A stretch of DNA of 64,000 nt, taken from the NCBI GenBank assembly GCA_903844825.1, contig CAIMVC010000173.1, positions 59 through 64,058 of the forward strand, in the 5' to 3' direction. The translations under genes were made by a program, and so were the position numbers. The notes under the pieces are model-generated. The model had not been told where the DNA came from. It saw only the letters and a program-made list of their open reading frames with translations, and made no database searches. The DNA is from an uncultured Burkholderiales bacterium. GTDB taxonomy: Bacteria > Pseudomonadota > Gammaproteobacteria > Burkholderiales > Burkholderiaceae_C. Positions 10,220 to 19,620 of the stretch are shown one piece after another (the stretch's first letter is position 1; each line of letters starts with the position of its first letter).

Positions 10220-11848
10220 ATGCAAGCCACTGTTTACGCTCTTTTTTCCGCTACTGCGGCGCGCACGCCCGACGCGGACTTCCTCTACACCGAATCGGTC
10301 ACGGCCGCGGCCTATGGCATTGAGCCTGGCGCTATCCGCTGGGGCGAGGCGGCCGCGCACGTCGAACGGCTGCGCCAGGCGTATGCCCTGGCCGGCTATG
10401 GTCACGGCCACCGGGTCGGGCTGCTGCTGGAGAACCGGCCGGTGTTTTTATTTCATTGGTTTGCACTCAATGCCCTCGGTGTGAGCGTGGTGCCCATCAA
10501 TGCCGACATGCGCCGGGCCGAGCTGGTGTACCTGATCGCGCACAGCGAGATCAGCCTGGCGGTGACTCTGCCTTCGCGCGCCATGGACTTGCTGGCCGCC
10601 GCGACCGAGGCCGGGCGGGCTCTGCAGACGCTGTTGCCGGATGCCAGCGGGCCGTTTGCGCCCGCCCTGACCGCGGCGCCCCTGGCCGGCGCGGCCATCG
10701 GGGTGGACACCGAATGTGGTTTGCTCTACACCTCGGGCACCACCGGGCGTCCCAAGGGCTGCATCCTGAGCAATGCCTATTTCCTGCGTGCCGGCCAGTG
10801 GTATGCCGAGCTCGATGGCGTCTGCAGTGTGCGGCCGGACCAGGAGCGCGTCATCACGCCGCTGCCCTTGCATCACATGAACGCGATGGCCTTTTCGACC
10901 ATGGTGGTGCTGGTGGCCGGCGGTTGCCTGGTGCAGCTTGACCGGTTTCATCCGACGCGCTGGCTGCAAAGCGCCCGAGAGAGTCGCGCCACCGTGGCCC
11001 ACTATCTGGGCGTGATGCCGGCCATGCTGCTGTCGGCGCCTGCCTCGGCGGCCGACCGCCAGCACAACATCCGCTGGGGTTTTGGCGCCGGCGTGGATCG
11101 CCGCAACCACGCGCCCTTCGAGACTCGCTTTGGCTTTGCGCTGGTCGAGGCCTGGGCCATGACCGAAACCGGCGCTGGCGCCTGCGTGATGGCCAGCCGG
11201 GAGCCGCGTCTGATTGGCAACAGCTGTTTTGGCCGTCAGGAAGATTTCGTCGAGATTCGCCTGGTCGATGACGCAGGGCAAGATGTGCCGGCCGACGCAC
11301 CTGGCGAGCTGCTGGTGCGCTCCAGCGGCGACGATCCGCGTCGCTACTTTTTCTCGGGCTACTTCAAGGACGAAGAAGCCACGCGCCAGGCCTGGGCCGA
11401 CGGCTGGTTTCACACCGGAGACCTGGTGCGACGCGATGCCCAGGGCAATTTCTTTTTCATAGACCGAAAGAAAAACGTGATCCGCCGCAGTGGTGAAAAC
11501 ATCTCGGCGGTCGAGGTTGAAAGCGTTTTGAACCAGCACCCGGCGGTGCAGGCCTCGGCGGTCGCCGCCACGCCCGATGCGGTGCGCGGCGACGAGGTAC
11601 TGGCCTGCATCGTCTTGCGCGGCGATGCAGACGTTTCGTCGCCGCCCACTCTGGCCGCCAGCATCGTGGCCCATGCGCTCGAGCAGCTGGCCTACTACAA
11701 GGCGCCTGGTTATGTCGCGTTTGTACAGGCGCTGCCGGTGACGGCCTCGCAAAAAATCCAGCGTGGTCAGCTGCGCGAGCTGGCCTTGGCCCTGCCAGGA
11801 CAAAGCCACTGCATTGACACGCGCTCACTCAAGAAGAGGCAGGGCTGA
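10220..11848 (+). CDS. iadF: Acyl-CoA ligase (CaiC-like)
   Basis: YTSGTTGRPKG, WFHTGD, RRSGENIS; symbol from gene order. Confidence 0.88.
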   Translation: MQATVYALFSATAARTPDADFLYTESVTAAAYGIEPGAIRWGEAAAHVERLRQAYALAGYGHGHRVGLLLENRPVFLFHWFALNALGVSVVPINADMRRAELVYLIAHSEISLAVTLPSRAMDLLAAATEAGRALQTLLPDASGPFAPALTAAPLAGAAIGVDTECGLLYTSGTTGRPKGCILSNAYFLRAGQWYAELDGVCSVRPDQERVITPLPLHHMNAMAFSTMVVLVAGGCLVQLDRFHPTRWLQSARESRATVAHYLGVMPAMLLSAPASAADRQHNIRWGFGAGVDRRNHAPFETRFGFALVEAWAMTETGAGACVMASREPRLIGNSCFGRQEDFVEIRLVDDAGQDVPADAPGELLVRSSGDDPRRYFFSGYFKDEEATRQAWADGWFHTGDLVRRDAQGNFFFIDRKKNVIRRSGENISAVEVESVLNQHPAVQASAVAATPDAVRGDEVLACIVLRGDADVSSPPTLAASIVAHALEQLAYYKAPGYVAFVQALPVTASQKIQRGQLRELALALPGQSHCIDTRSLKKRQG

Positions 11849-11849
11849 G

Positions 11850-13022
11850 ATGCGCCGCCAGCGACTTTCCTACGAAGGTGTGGCCGTGGCCGTGCCGGTG
11901 ACCGTGCCCTACCAGCGTTATTCAACCCGCACCGCGCACTGGTTCGTCGGCCACGCCATCGACGCCCTGGTCAAGGCCAGCGGAGTGCCTAAAGCGCAGA
12001 TCGACGGCCTCTGCCTGAGCAGCTTTTCGCTGGCACCCGACACCGCTGTCGGCGTGACCCAGCACTTAGGCTTGTCGCCGCGCTGGCTCGACCACATGCC
12101 TACCGGCGGCGCTTCGGGGGTGATGTGCCTGCGTCGGGCCGCTCGCGCGGTGCAGGCCGGCGACGCGGAGGTGGTCGCCTGCGTGGCGGCCGACACCAAC
12201 CATGTCGACTCCTTTCGCCAGACGCTAGGCAGCTTCAGCAACTTTGCGCGCGACGCCACCTACCCCTACGGCTCGGGCGGCCCGAACTCGATCTTTGCCT
12301 TTATCACCGCCAACTACATGCGCACCTTTGGCGCTACCCGTGAGGACTTCGGTCGCATCGCCGTGGACCAGCGCAGCAACGCGCTGAAAAATCCGAACGC
12401 CATGTTCAAAAAGCCCTTGAGCCTGGACGAGTACATGGCCGCCCGGCCGATCTCCGACCCGATCCATCTGTTCGACTGCGTCATGCCGTGCGCCGGTGCC
12501 GAGGCGTTTTTGGTGATGAGCCAGGAGCGGGCACGCGACCTGGGCTTGCCGCACGCCGTGATTCGCGGCGCGATCGAGCGCCACAATGCCTTTTCGAGCG
12601 ACCCGGTGATGACCCGGGGCGGCTGGCTGGCCGACCGTGACGACCTTTACGCGCAGGCCGATGTGAAGCCGGCCGACATTGATTTTGTGCAGACCTACGA
12701 CGACTACCCGGTCATCGTCATGATGCAGTTTGAAGACCTCGGTTTTTGTCAGAAGGGCGAGGGCTCTGCCTTTGTGCAATCGCACACCATGACCCACGAC
12801 GGCAGCTTTCCCAACAACACCAGCGGTGGTCAGCTGTCGGCCGGCCAGGCCGGGGCAGCGGGTGGCTTTCTGGGCATGACCGAGGCGCTGCGCCAACTCA
12901 CCGACAGCGCCGGCGCGCGCAGCGTGCCCGACGCGCAGCTCGGTCTGGTGGCCGGCTTTGGCATGGTGACTTATGACCGCTGCCTGTGCACAGGCGCAGT
13001 GATTCTGGGAAGACCCGTATGA
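11850..13022 (+). CDS. iadG: SCP2/Ltp2-type thiolase-fold protein lacking the nucleophilic Cys (probable aldolase)
   Basis: TGGASG at the usual xxCASG position; NPNA, YDDY, NTSGGQLS; followed by a DUF35 protein. Confidence 0.8.
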   Translation: MRRQRLSYEGVAVAVPVTVPYQRYSTRTAHWFVGHAIDALVKASGVPKAQIDGLCLSSFSLAPDTAVGVTQHLGLSPRWLDHMPTGGASGVMCLRRAARAVQAGDAEVVACVAADTNHVDSFRQTLGSFSNFARDATYPYGSGGPNSIFAFITANYMRTFGATREDFGRIAVDQRSNALKNPNAMFKKPLSLDEYMAARPISDPIHLFDCVMPCAGAEAFLVMSQERARDLGLPHAVIRGAIERHNAFSSDPVMTRGGWLADRDDLYAQADVKPADIDFVQTYDDYPVIVMMQFEDLGFCQKGEGSAFVQSHTMTHDGSFPNNTSGGQLSAGQAGAAGGFLGMTEALRQLTDSAGARSVPDAQLGLVAGFGMVTYDRCLCTGAVILGRPV

Positions 13023-14272
13023 CCATGCCCCTGATGCGCCCCAAGCGCAAAAACCCGGTACTGCGCACGCGCCAGATGAACCTGCCGCCCGGCGCTCGCG
13101 GCCGAGTCGCTTTGGGCTTGACCGCCGCCGCTGCCGAGGGCCGCTTTGAACTGCAGACCTGCGCTGACTGCGCCTGCGTGCAGTACCCGCCGCGCGAGGT
13201 CTGCCATCAGTGTCTCTCGCCGTGTCTGCGTTGGCGCGAGCAGTCCGGCGAGGGCATGCTGCTGGGCAGCACCACGCTGCACCACAGCAACGATTTGTTT
13301 TTCCGCGAGCGTCTGCCCTGGCGACTCGGGCTGGTGCATCTGGATGCTGGCCCGACCGTGATGACCCATCTGCACGGCGATGTGGGCGAGGCGCCCGAGC
13401 GCGTGCGCGTCGGGGCCCGTATCGACCGTGCCGGTCAGGCGGTATTGATTGCTTATCCGAAAGAGGGAGATGCCCATATGGCTGACGACAAAATGCTTCG
13501 CGAGATGACCAGCGACCCCAAGTTCCGCAAGGTGCTGGTCACCGACGGCAAGACCGAGCTGGGGCAGGCCATCGTGCGCGCGCTGGTCAAGGCCGGCGCT
13601 GACATTGTGTGGGTGGGTCATGCCGAACCCTGGAAAAAGCTCGGTGGCCTGGAGGACATCAGCGCGCTGGCCCAAGTCACGCTGGTGCCGCTGGACCTGA
13701 CCAATGGCCGCAGCGTCACCGAGCTGGCCGGCGAGATTGGCGGCAAGGTCGACATCGTCATCAACAACGCCGAGGTGCATCGCAACTTTGGCATTGGCGC
13801 ACGCCGCGGCACCGACGCCGCCAAGGCCGAGATGGACATCAACTACTTTGGCTTGCTGCGGCTGGCGCAGGAGTTCGGTCCGGCGCTGATGGGCCGCTCC
13901 GCTGATGGCGTCACGGGTGCGACGGCGTGGGTCAACTTGTTGTCGATTTACGCGCTGAGCAACTTTCCGCCGCATGGCACCTTCAGTGCGTCCAAGGCCG
14001 CAGCCCATTCGCTGGCGCAGTGCCTGCGCGCTGAAATGCGTCCTGCCGGCATCCGCGTGATCAACCTGTTTCCGGGCCCCATTGACGACGACTGGAACCA
14101 GCAGATGCCACCCCCCAAGCTGGCCCCGGCGACCCTGGCCAGCGCCATCGTTAAGGCCTTGCGCGATGGGGTCGAGGACGTCTACCCTGGCGACGTGGCC
14201 CAGGAGTGGCTCGAGCGCTGGCGTGACAATCCCAAAGTGCTCGAGCGCGAGCTCGCCGCTGGTGGCAGCTAA
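13019..14272 (+). CDS. iadH: DUF35 (Zn-ribbon/OB-fold) - SDR fusion protein
   Basis: CADC..YPPREVCHQC Zn ribbon; SDR half with INNA but TDGKTELG and FSASK; ATGA overlap with the upstream gene. Confidence 0.85.
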   Translation: MTMPLMRPKRKNPVLRTRQMNLPPGARGRVALGLTAAAAEGRFELQTCADCACVQYPPREVCHQCLSPCLRWREQSGEGMLLGSTTLHHSNDLFFRERLPWRLGLVHLDAGPTVMTHLHGDVGEAPERVRVGARIDRAGQAVLIAYPKEGDAHMADDKMLREMTSDPKFRKVLVTDGKTELGQAIVRALVKAGADIVWVGHAEPWKKLGGLEDISALAQVTLVPLDLTNGRSVTELAGEIGGKVDIVINNAEVHRNFGIGARRGTDAAKAEMDINYFGLLRLAQEFGPALMGRSADGVTGATAWVNLLSIYALSNFPPHGTFSASKAAAHSLAQCLRAEMRPAGIRVINLFPGPIDDDWNQQMPPPKLAPATLASAIVKALRDGVEDVYPGDVAQEWLERWRDNPKVLERELAAGGS

Positions 14273-14287
14273 GACCAGGAGATCGAC

Positions 14288-15100
14288 ATGACAACTTCTT
14301 CGACCCCACTGCCGACGGCGCAAATTCTTGGCGCCTTGGCGGGCGCGCTGGCCACCGGCCGCATTCGCGTGATCGACCTGACGCAGACCTTGACGCCCGA
14401 GTTTCCGCAAATCGCCTTGCCGCCCGAGATGGGGCAATGCTGGCCGTTTCGCATTGAGGAGGTCTCGCGCTACGACGAGCGCGGCCCTGGCTGGTACTGG
14501 AATAATTTTTCCTGCGGCGAGCACACTGGCACCCACTTTGACGCGCCTATCCACTGGATCTCCGGCCGCGATCTGCCCAACAATTCGGTCGACACCATCC
14601 CGCCGCAGCACTTCGTCGCGCCGGCCTGCGTCATCGACTGCACGGCCGAGGTGGCGGGCAATGATGACTACCTGCTCAGCGTGGCAGACATCGAGCGCTA
14701 CGAAGCCACGCACGGCCGCATCCCCAAGGGTGCCTGGGTGCTGATGCGCACCGACTGGTCCAAGCGGGAAGACCCCGAGGCCTACCAAAACTTTGATGAG
14801 ACCGGCCAGCACACGCCCGGCCCGAGCACGCAGGCCGTGCGCTTTCTGGTCGAGCAGCGCGATGTGCTGGGCTTTGGCTCCGAGGCCATTGGCACCGACG
14901 CCGGCCAGGGCTACCACCTGCGCCCACCTTATCCCTGTCATTACTACATGCATGGCGCCGGGCGTTACGGCCTGCAGTGCCTGACCAATCTGGACTTGCT
15001 GCCGCCCGCCGGTGCGGTGCTGATCTGCCCGCCGCTGAAGATCCAAAAAGGCAGCGGCAGCCCGCTGCGGGTGCTGGCTCTGGTGGGACAGGACACGTGA
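14288..15100 (+). CDS. iadI: Cyclase-family metal hydrolase (isatin hydrolase/kynurenine formamidase-like)
   Basis: EHTGTHFDAPIH metal motif, RTDW, GSGSPLR; SD AGGAG. Confidence 0.9.
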   Translation: MTTSSTPLPTAQILGALAGALATGRIRVIDLTQTLTPEFPQIALPPEMGQCWPFRIEEVSRYDERGPGWYWNNFSCGEHTGTHFDAPIHWISGRDLPNNSVDTIPPQHFVAPACVIDCTAEVAGNDDYLLSVADIERYEATHGRIPKGAWVLMRTDWSKREDPEAYQNFDETGQHTPGPSTQAVRFLVEQRDVLGFGSEAIGTDAGQGYHLRPPYPCHYYMHGAGRYGLQCLTNLDLLPPAGAVLICPPLKIQKGSGSPLRVLALVGQDT

Positions 15101-15828
15101 GCGCGGTGCCCAAAATCGCTGCGGTCACCGGCGGTAGCGCTGGCATTGGCCAGGCCATTTGCGAGGACCTGCTGGGCAAGGGCTACGAGGTGATTTCGCT
15201 GTCGCTGGGCAAGAGCCCGACTTCGCACCCGCGGTTGCACAGCCTCGAAGTCGACCTGACCGACCGCGCCGCCACGGCGCAGGCCGCGGCCGAACTGGTG
15301 CGCCGTTTTGAGGTCACCACCGTCGTCCATAACGCGGGGGTGATCCGCGCCGCGCTGCTGGCCGAGGTCAAGCTCGAGGAGCTTGACGAACTCGTTGCGC
15401 TGCACCTGGGCGCGGCGATCCAGCTGGTGCAGGCGGCCTTGCCGCAGATGCGGTCCGCACACTTTGGCCGCATCGTGATGTTGTCCTCGCGCGCCGCAGT
15501 GGGCGCGGTGACGCGCACCAGCTACTCAGCCACCAAAGCCGGCATGATCGGCATGCTGCGCACCTGGGCGCTGGAGCTCGCCCCCGATGGCATCACGGTC
15601 AATGCCGTCGCGCCCGGGCCGATTCGCACCGACATGTTCTACGACGTGATTCCCCAAGGCAGTGAGCGCGAGCGGGCGCTGGCGGCGGCTGTGCCGGTCA
15701 GGCGGCTGGGTGAGCCGGCCGATGTGGCGCGCGCGGTGAGCTTTCTGGCTGACCCCGCCAACAGCTACATCACCGGTCAGGTGCTCTATGTATGCGGTGG
15801 CTCCAGCGTGGGAAGCCTGATCCTTTGA
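15097..15828 (+). CDS. iadJ: Short-chain dehydrogenase/reductase
   Basis: TGGSAGIG, HNAG, YSATK, NAVAPG; GTG start overlapping the upstream TGA. Confidence 0.9.
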   Translation: MSAVPKIAAVTGGSAGIGQAICEDLLGKGYEVISLSLGKSPTSHPRLHSLEVDLTDRAATAQAAAELVRRFEVTTVVHNAGVIRAALLAEVKLEELDELVALHLGAAIQLVQAALPQMRSAHFGRIVMLSSRAAVGAVTRTSYSATKAGMIGMLRTWALELAPDGITVNAVAPGPIRTDMFYDVIPQGSERERALAAAVPVRRLGEPADVARAVSFLADPANSYITGQVLYVCGGSSVGSLIL

Positions 15829-15871
15829 TTTCATTGTTCGTCGTCCCGTCAACTTCCATAGGAGGAATGTC

Positions 15872-17029
15872 ATGAGAGTATCCAAGCTAACCCGTGCCCT
15901 TGCCAGTATCGCGCTGGGCCTGACCACGCTGGGCGCCGCGTCCACGTGGGCAGCCGACCTCAAGGTCGGCTTCATCACCTCCTTGTCGGGTCCGGTGTCC
16001 TCGCTGGGCATTCCCTACGAAAAAGGGATGAAAGCTGCGCTGGCTTACAAGTCAGAACTGGCCGGTCGAAAGATTCAGGTGGTGCAGCTCGATGACGCCT
16101 CCGATCCATCGACTGCTGCGCGCAATGCACGCAAGATGATCGAAGAAGACAAGGTCGACATCATCATCGGCACCGCCGGCTCGCCCGGTGCGCTGGCCAT
16201 TGCTGCCGTGGCACGTGAAACCAAAACGCCGCTGATCTCGATCGCCAACGCCAACCTCAATGGTGAAGAGGGCGCCTGGATGGTGACCCTGCCGCAGCCC
16301 GCACCGCTGATGGTGACGGCCGTGGTCGAGCGCATGAAAAAGTCCGGCGTCAAGACCGTCGGCTTTATCGGTTTTTCCGACGCCTGGGGTGATCTGGTGT
16401 ACGACGCGCTGCTCAAGGCCGCGCCGGATGCCGGCATCAAGGTGGTGTCCAACGAGCGTTACGCACGCGCCGATTCCTCGGTGACCGGACAAGTCCTGAA
16501 GATCGTCGCTCAGCGTCCCGATGCCGTCATCACCGGCACCTCGGGCACGCCCGGCGCCCTGCCGTATCTGGCGCTGGCAGAGCGCGGCTACAAAGGACTG
16601 ATTTACGGCACCCATGCGCTGATCAACCCTGATTTTGTGCGCGTCGGTGGCGCCTCGGTGGAGGGCCTGCTGGCGCCTACCGGTCCGGTGGTGGTGGCCG
16701 AACAGTTGCCCGACAGCAACCCCATGCGCAAGGCAGCGATGGATTACCGTGCGGCCTACCAAAAGGCCAACGGCGCGGTGCCGACCGACGCCTTTTCGGC
16801 TTACACCTTTGACGCCTGGCTGCTGCTGCTGGACGCGGCCTCGCGCACCAAGGGCGAGCCGGGCACGCCGCAGTACCGCGTGGCCTTGCGTGACGCCGTG
16901 GTCAACACCAAGGAGCTGGTGGGAACGCACAGCGTCTACAACTTCAAGCCTGACAACCGCTATGGCTCGGATGATCGCTCGCGCGTCATTGTCAAGCTCG
17001 AGAAAGGCCAGTGGAAACTGGTGCCCTGA
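15872..17029 (+). CDS. iadK: ABC substrate-binding protein (LivK-like, IadK-type), paralog 1
   Basis: Sec signal ending WA-AD, SLSGP, DDASDP, DAWG; SD AGGAGG; K1 versus K2 identity not resolvable by eye. Confidence 0.88.
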   Translation: MRVSKLTRALASIALGLTTLGAASTWAADLKVGFITSLSGPVSSLGIPYEKGMKAALAYKSELAGRKIQVVQLDDASDPSTAARNARKMIEEDKVDIIIGTAGSPGALAIAAVARETKTPLISIANANLNGEEGAWMVTLPQPAPLMVTAVVERMKKSGVKTVGFIGFSDAWGDLVYDALLKAAPDAGIKVVSNERYARADSSVTGQVLKIVAQRPDAVITGTSGTPGALPYLALAERGYKGLIYGTHALINPDFVRVGGASVEGLLAPTGPVVVAEQLPDSNPMRKAAMDYRAAYQKANGAVPTDAFSAYTFDAWLLLLDAASRTKGEPGTPQYRVALRDAVVNTKELVGTHSVYNFKPDNRYGSDDRSRVIVKLEKGQWKLVP

Positions 17030-17040
17030 ACGCGACCGGC

Positions 17041-17064
17041 CAGCGCAGTCGCGCTGCAATTTTT
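17041..17064 (+). terminator. Weak terminator or stabilising hairpin between the two SBP genes
   Basis: CAGCGC-AGTC-GCGCTG followed by CAATTTTT. Confidence 0.35.
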
Positions 17065-17103
17065 GATAGATGGTATTGATTGATAACAACCAGGAGAACA
17101 GAC

Positions 17104-18261
17104 ATGAAAACGATGATTCAAAACCTAAAGGGCGCCGCCTTGACGCTGGCGCTGGGCGCCGGGCTGAGCGGCGCGGCACTGGCAGCTGACCTCAAGGTCG
17201 GTCTGAGTGTGTCGCTGTCGGGCCCCAACTCGTCGCTGGGCGTTCCTTACGTCAAGGGCATGCAGGCCGCAGCCGCCTACAAGTCCGAGGTCAACGGCCG
17301 CAAGATTCAATTCATCGTGCTCGATGACGGCTCGGATCCGACCACGGCCGGACGCAATGCGCGCAAGCTGGTGGAAGAAGAAAAAGTCGATGTCCTCATG
17401 GGTACCTCGGGCGTGCCTGCGGCCATTGCCATGGCGCAGGTCGCCCGCGACGCCAAGGTGCCGATGATCGGCCTGACGCCCATTCAGATCGAGGCTGCTG
17501 ACAACCCTTGGGTGTTTACCGTCGCGCAATCGACGCAGCTGATGATTGATGCTGTGGTCGAGCGCATGAAAAAAGACGGCGTCAAGTCGGTGGGCTACAT
17601 CGGCTTTTCAGACGCCTGGGGCGACCTGGTCTACAACGCCCTGATGAAGGCCGCACCAGGCGCCGGCATCAAGGTGCTGGGCAACGAGCGCTACGCGCGT
17701 GCCGACTCATCGGTCACCGGCCAGGTGCTCAAGCTGGTCGCGATGCGGCCCGACGCGGTCATGACCGGCGGTGCCGGCACGCCCGGTGCGCTGCCCTTCT
17801 TGGCCCTGACCGAGCGCGGTTTCAAGGGTGGTGTGTACGGCCAGCACGGTCTGATCAATGCCGACTTTGTGCGTGTGGTGGGTGGGGCGGGTCAGGGCGC
17901 GCTGATGCCGACCGGCCCGGTGATCGTGGCCGAGCAATTGCCGGCAGACCATCCGACCAAAAAAGTCTCGATGGACTTTCGCGCCGCCTTCCAGAAGCTG
18001 CACAACGCGCCGACCAGCGATGCCTTCTCAGCGTATTCTTTCGACGGCTGGCTGGTCTTTCTTGATGCTGCTGCCCGTGCCAAGGGCGAGCCTGGGACGG
18101 CCGAGTTCCGGGTCGCGCTGCGCGACGCGATTGCCAGCACCAAGGAGCTGGTGGGCACCCATGGCGTCTACAACTTCAAGCCTGGCAATATCTACGGCAC
18201 CGATGAGCGCGCGCGCGTGATCGTCAGGCTCGACAAGGGCCAGTGGAAGCTGGCTCAGTAA
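17104..18261 (+). CDS. iadK: ABC substrate-binding protein (LivK-like, IadK-type), paralog 2
   Basis: Collinear paralog of 15872-17029 (shared IGFSDAWGDLVY and NERYARADSSVTGQVLK); SD AGGAG before ATG 17104. Confidence 0.88.
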   Translation: MKTMIQNLKGAALTLALGAGLSGAALAADLKVGLSVSLSGPNSSLGVPYVKGMQAAAAYKSEVNGRKIQFIVLDDGSDPTTAGRNARKLVEEEKVDVLMGTSGVPAAIAMAQVARDAKVPMIGLTPIQIEAADNPWVFTVAQSTQLMIDAVVERMKKDGVKSVGYIGFSDAWGDLVYNALMKAAPGAGIKVLGNERYARADSSVTGQVLKLVAMRPDAVMTGGAGTPGALPFLALTERGFKGGVYGQHGLINADFVRVVGGAGQGALMPTGPVIVAEQLPADHPTKKVSMDFRAAFQKLHNAPTSDAFSAYSFDGWLVFLDAAARAKGEPGTAEFRVALRDAIASTKELVGTHGVYNFKPGNIYGTDERARVIVRLDKGQWKLAQ

Positions 18262-18291
18262 AGCCGGCCCGGCCTGGAGCCCGATGTGTCC

Positions 18292-19620
18292 ATGACAAAT
18301 TACCGCGACCGCCCCGACGCGATTGCGGCCCTCGTTCAGGACGACCGCGTGCACCGCGATGTCTACCTCAGCGAGGAGCTCTTTGCGCTGGAGCAAGAGC
18401 GCTTTTTTGCCACCACTTGGCTCTTTGCTGGCCACGCCAGCCAGGTGCCCCAGGCGGGTGACTACTGGTCGCTCGAGCTGGCGGGCCGGCCCGTCATGAT
18501 GGTGCGCCAGACCGATGGGTCTGTGCGCATGTTCTACAACCGCTGCGCGCACAAGGGCGCGCAGCTGGTGAGTGAGGAAAGCGGCAACACCGGCAAATTT
18601 TTTCGCTGCCCCTACCACGCCTGGAGCTACAAGCTTGACGGCAAGACGCTGGCGATTCCCTTCAAGAGCGGCTACGAAGGCACGCGCCTGAGCGAATGCG
18701 AGTCCGGTCAGGGCCTGACGCCCTTGCCACAGGTGGTCAATTACCGCGACTTTATTTTTGTACGTCTGAGCAAGGAAGGACCGGCCTTTGCCGACTACTT
18801 TGGTGAGGTGCTGCAGTCCATCGACAACCTGGCCGACCGCTCGCCCGAAGGGCGCCTGAGCGTGGGCGGCGGCGTGCTGCGCAACATCATCCAGTGCAAC
18901 TGGAAGATGTACCTGGAGAACATCAACGACGCGGTGCACCCCATGTCCACGCACGAGTCGGCCACGCAGGCCGCCGCGGCGCTGTGGCACGGCCATGGTG
19001 CCGACGAGCCCAAGCCGATGGCGATGGAGCAGATCCTGCCCTTTGGTTCGGGCTATGAGTTTTTTGACAAGATGGGCGGGCGCGTGTTTGCCAATGGCCA
19101 CAGCCTGCTGGGGGTGAACTTCAGCATTCACTCGGGCTACGCCCAGTTGCCCGACTATGAGGCAGCCCTGCAGGCCGCACATGGCGCCGAGCGGGCCCAT
19201 GAGATATTGCAGCGTTCGCCTCAAAACTGCGTCCTGTTTCCTAGCCTGGCCGTGAAGGGCTCGCCCCAGGTGATGCGGGTGATTCGCCCACTGTCAGCCA
19301 ACCGCACCCTGATCGAGGCCTGGAGCTTTCGGGTGGCCGGCGCGCCCGAGCTCATGTTTGAGCGGGCGATGAGCTACAACCGCCTGGTGTTCTCGCCCAT
19401 GTCGGTGGTCGCCCACGACGATGTGCGCATTTTCGAGAGCCTGCAAAAAGGCTTGCACGCCGACGGCAACGAATGGGTCAGCCTGCACCGCGGTTTTGAC
19501 GCCGCCGAATACAGCGCGACCACCCTCACCACCAACGGCACCAATGAATTGCTGATGCGCAACCAGTTTCGCGCCTGGGCCAAGTTCATGGCGCCACAAC
19601 CACCGGCGAGTTCATCGTGA
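18292..19620 (+). CDS. Rieske oxygenase alpha subunit, copy 2 (IadD paralog)
   Basis: CAHKG...CPYH, NDAVHPMSTH, AHDD; collinear with copy 1 throughout; alternative GTG start at 18286. Confidence 0.92.
   Translation: MTNYRDRPDAIAALVQDDRVHRDVYLSEELFALEQERFFATTWLFAGHASQVPQAGDYWSLELAGRPVMMVRQTDGSVRMFYNRCAHKGAQLVSEESGNTGKFFRCPYHAWSYKLDGKTLAIPFKSGYEGTRLSECESGQGLTPLPQVVNYRDFIFVRLSKEGPAFADYFGEVLQSIDNLADRSPEGRLSVGGGVLRNIIQCNWKMYLENINDAVHPMSTHESATQAAAALWHGHGADEPKPMAMEQILPFGSGYEFFDKMGGRVFANGHSLLGVNFSIHSGYAQLPDYEAALQAAHGAERAHEILQRSPQNCVLFPSLAVKGSPQVMRVIRPLSANRTLIEAWSFRVAGAPELMFERAMSYNRLVFSPMSVVAHDDVRIFESLQKGLHADGNEWVSLHRGFDAAEYSATTLTTNGTNELLMRNQFRAWAKFMAPQPPASSS

Noticed and set aside
12971-15046. 691-aa minus-strand ORF and other long antisense ORFs (5253-6737, 10448-11809, 16052-17179, 28067-29452, 57979-59121)
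   Set aside because: Shadow frames opposite well-supported genes in high-GC DNA; no recognisable motifs
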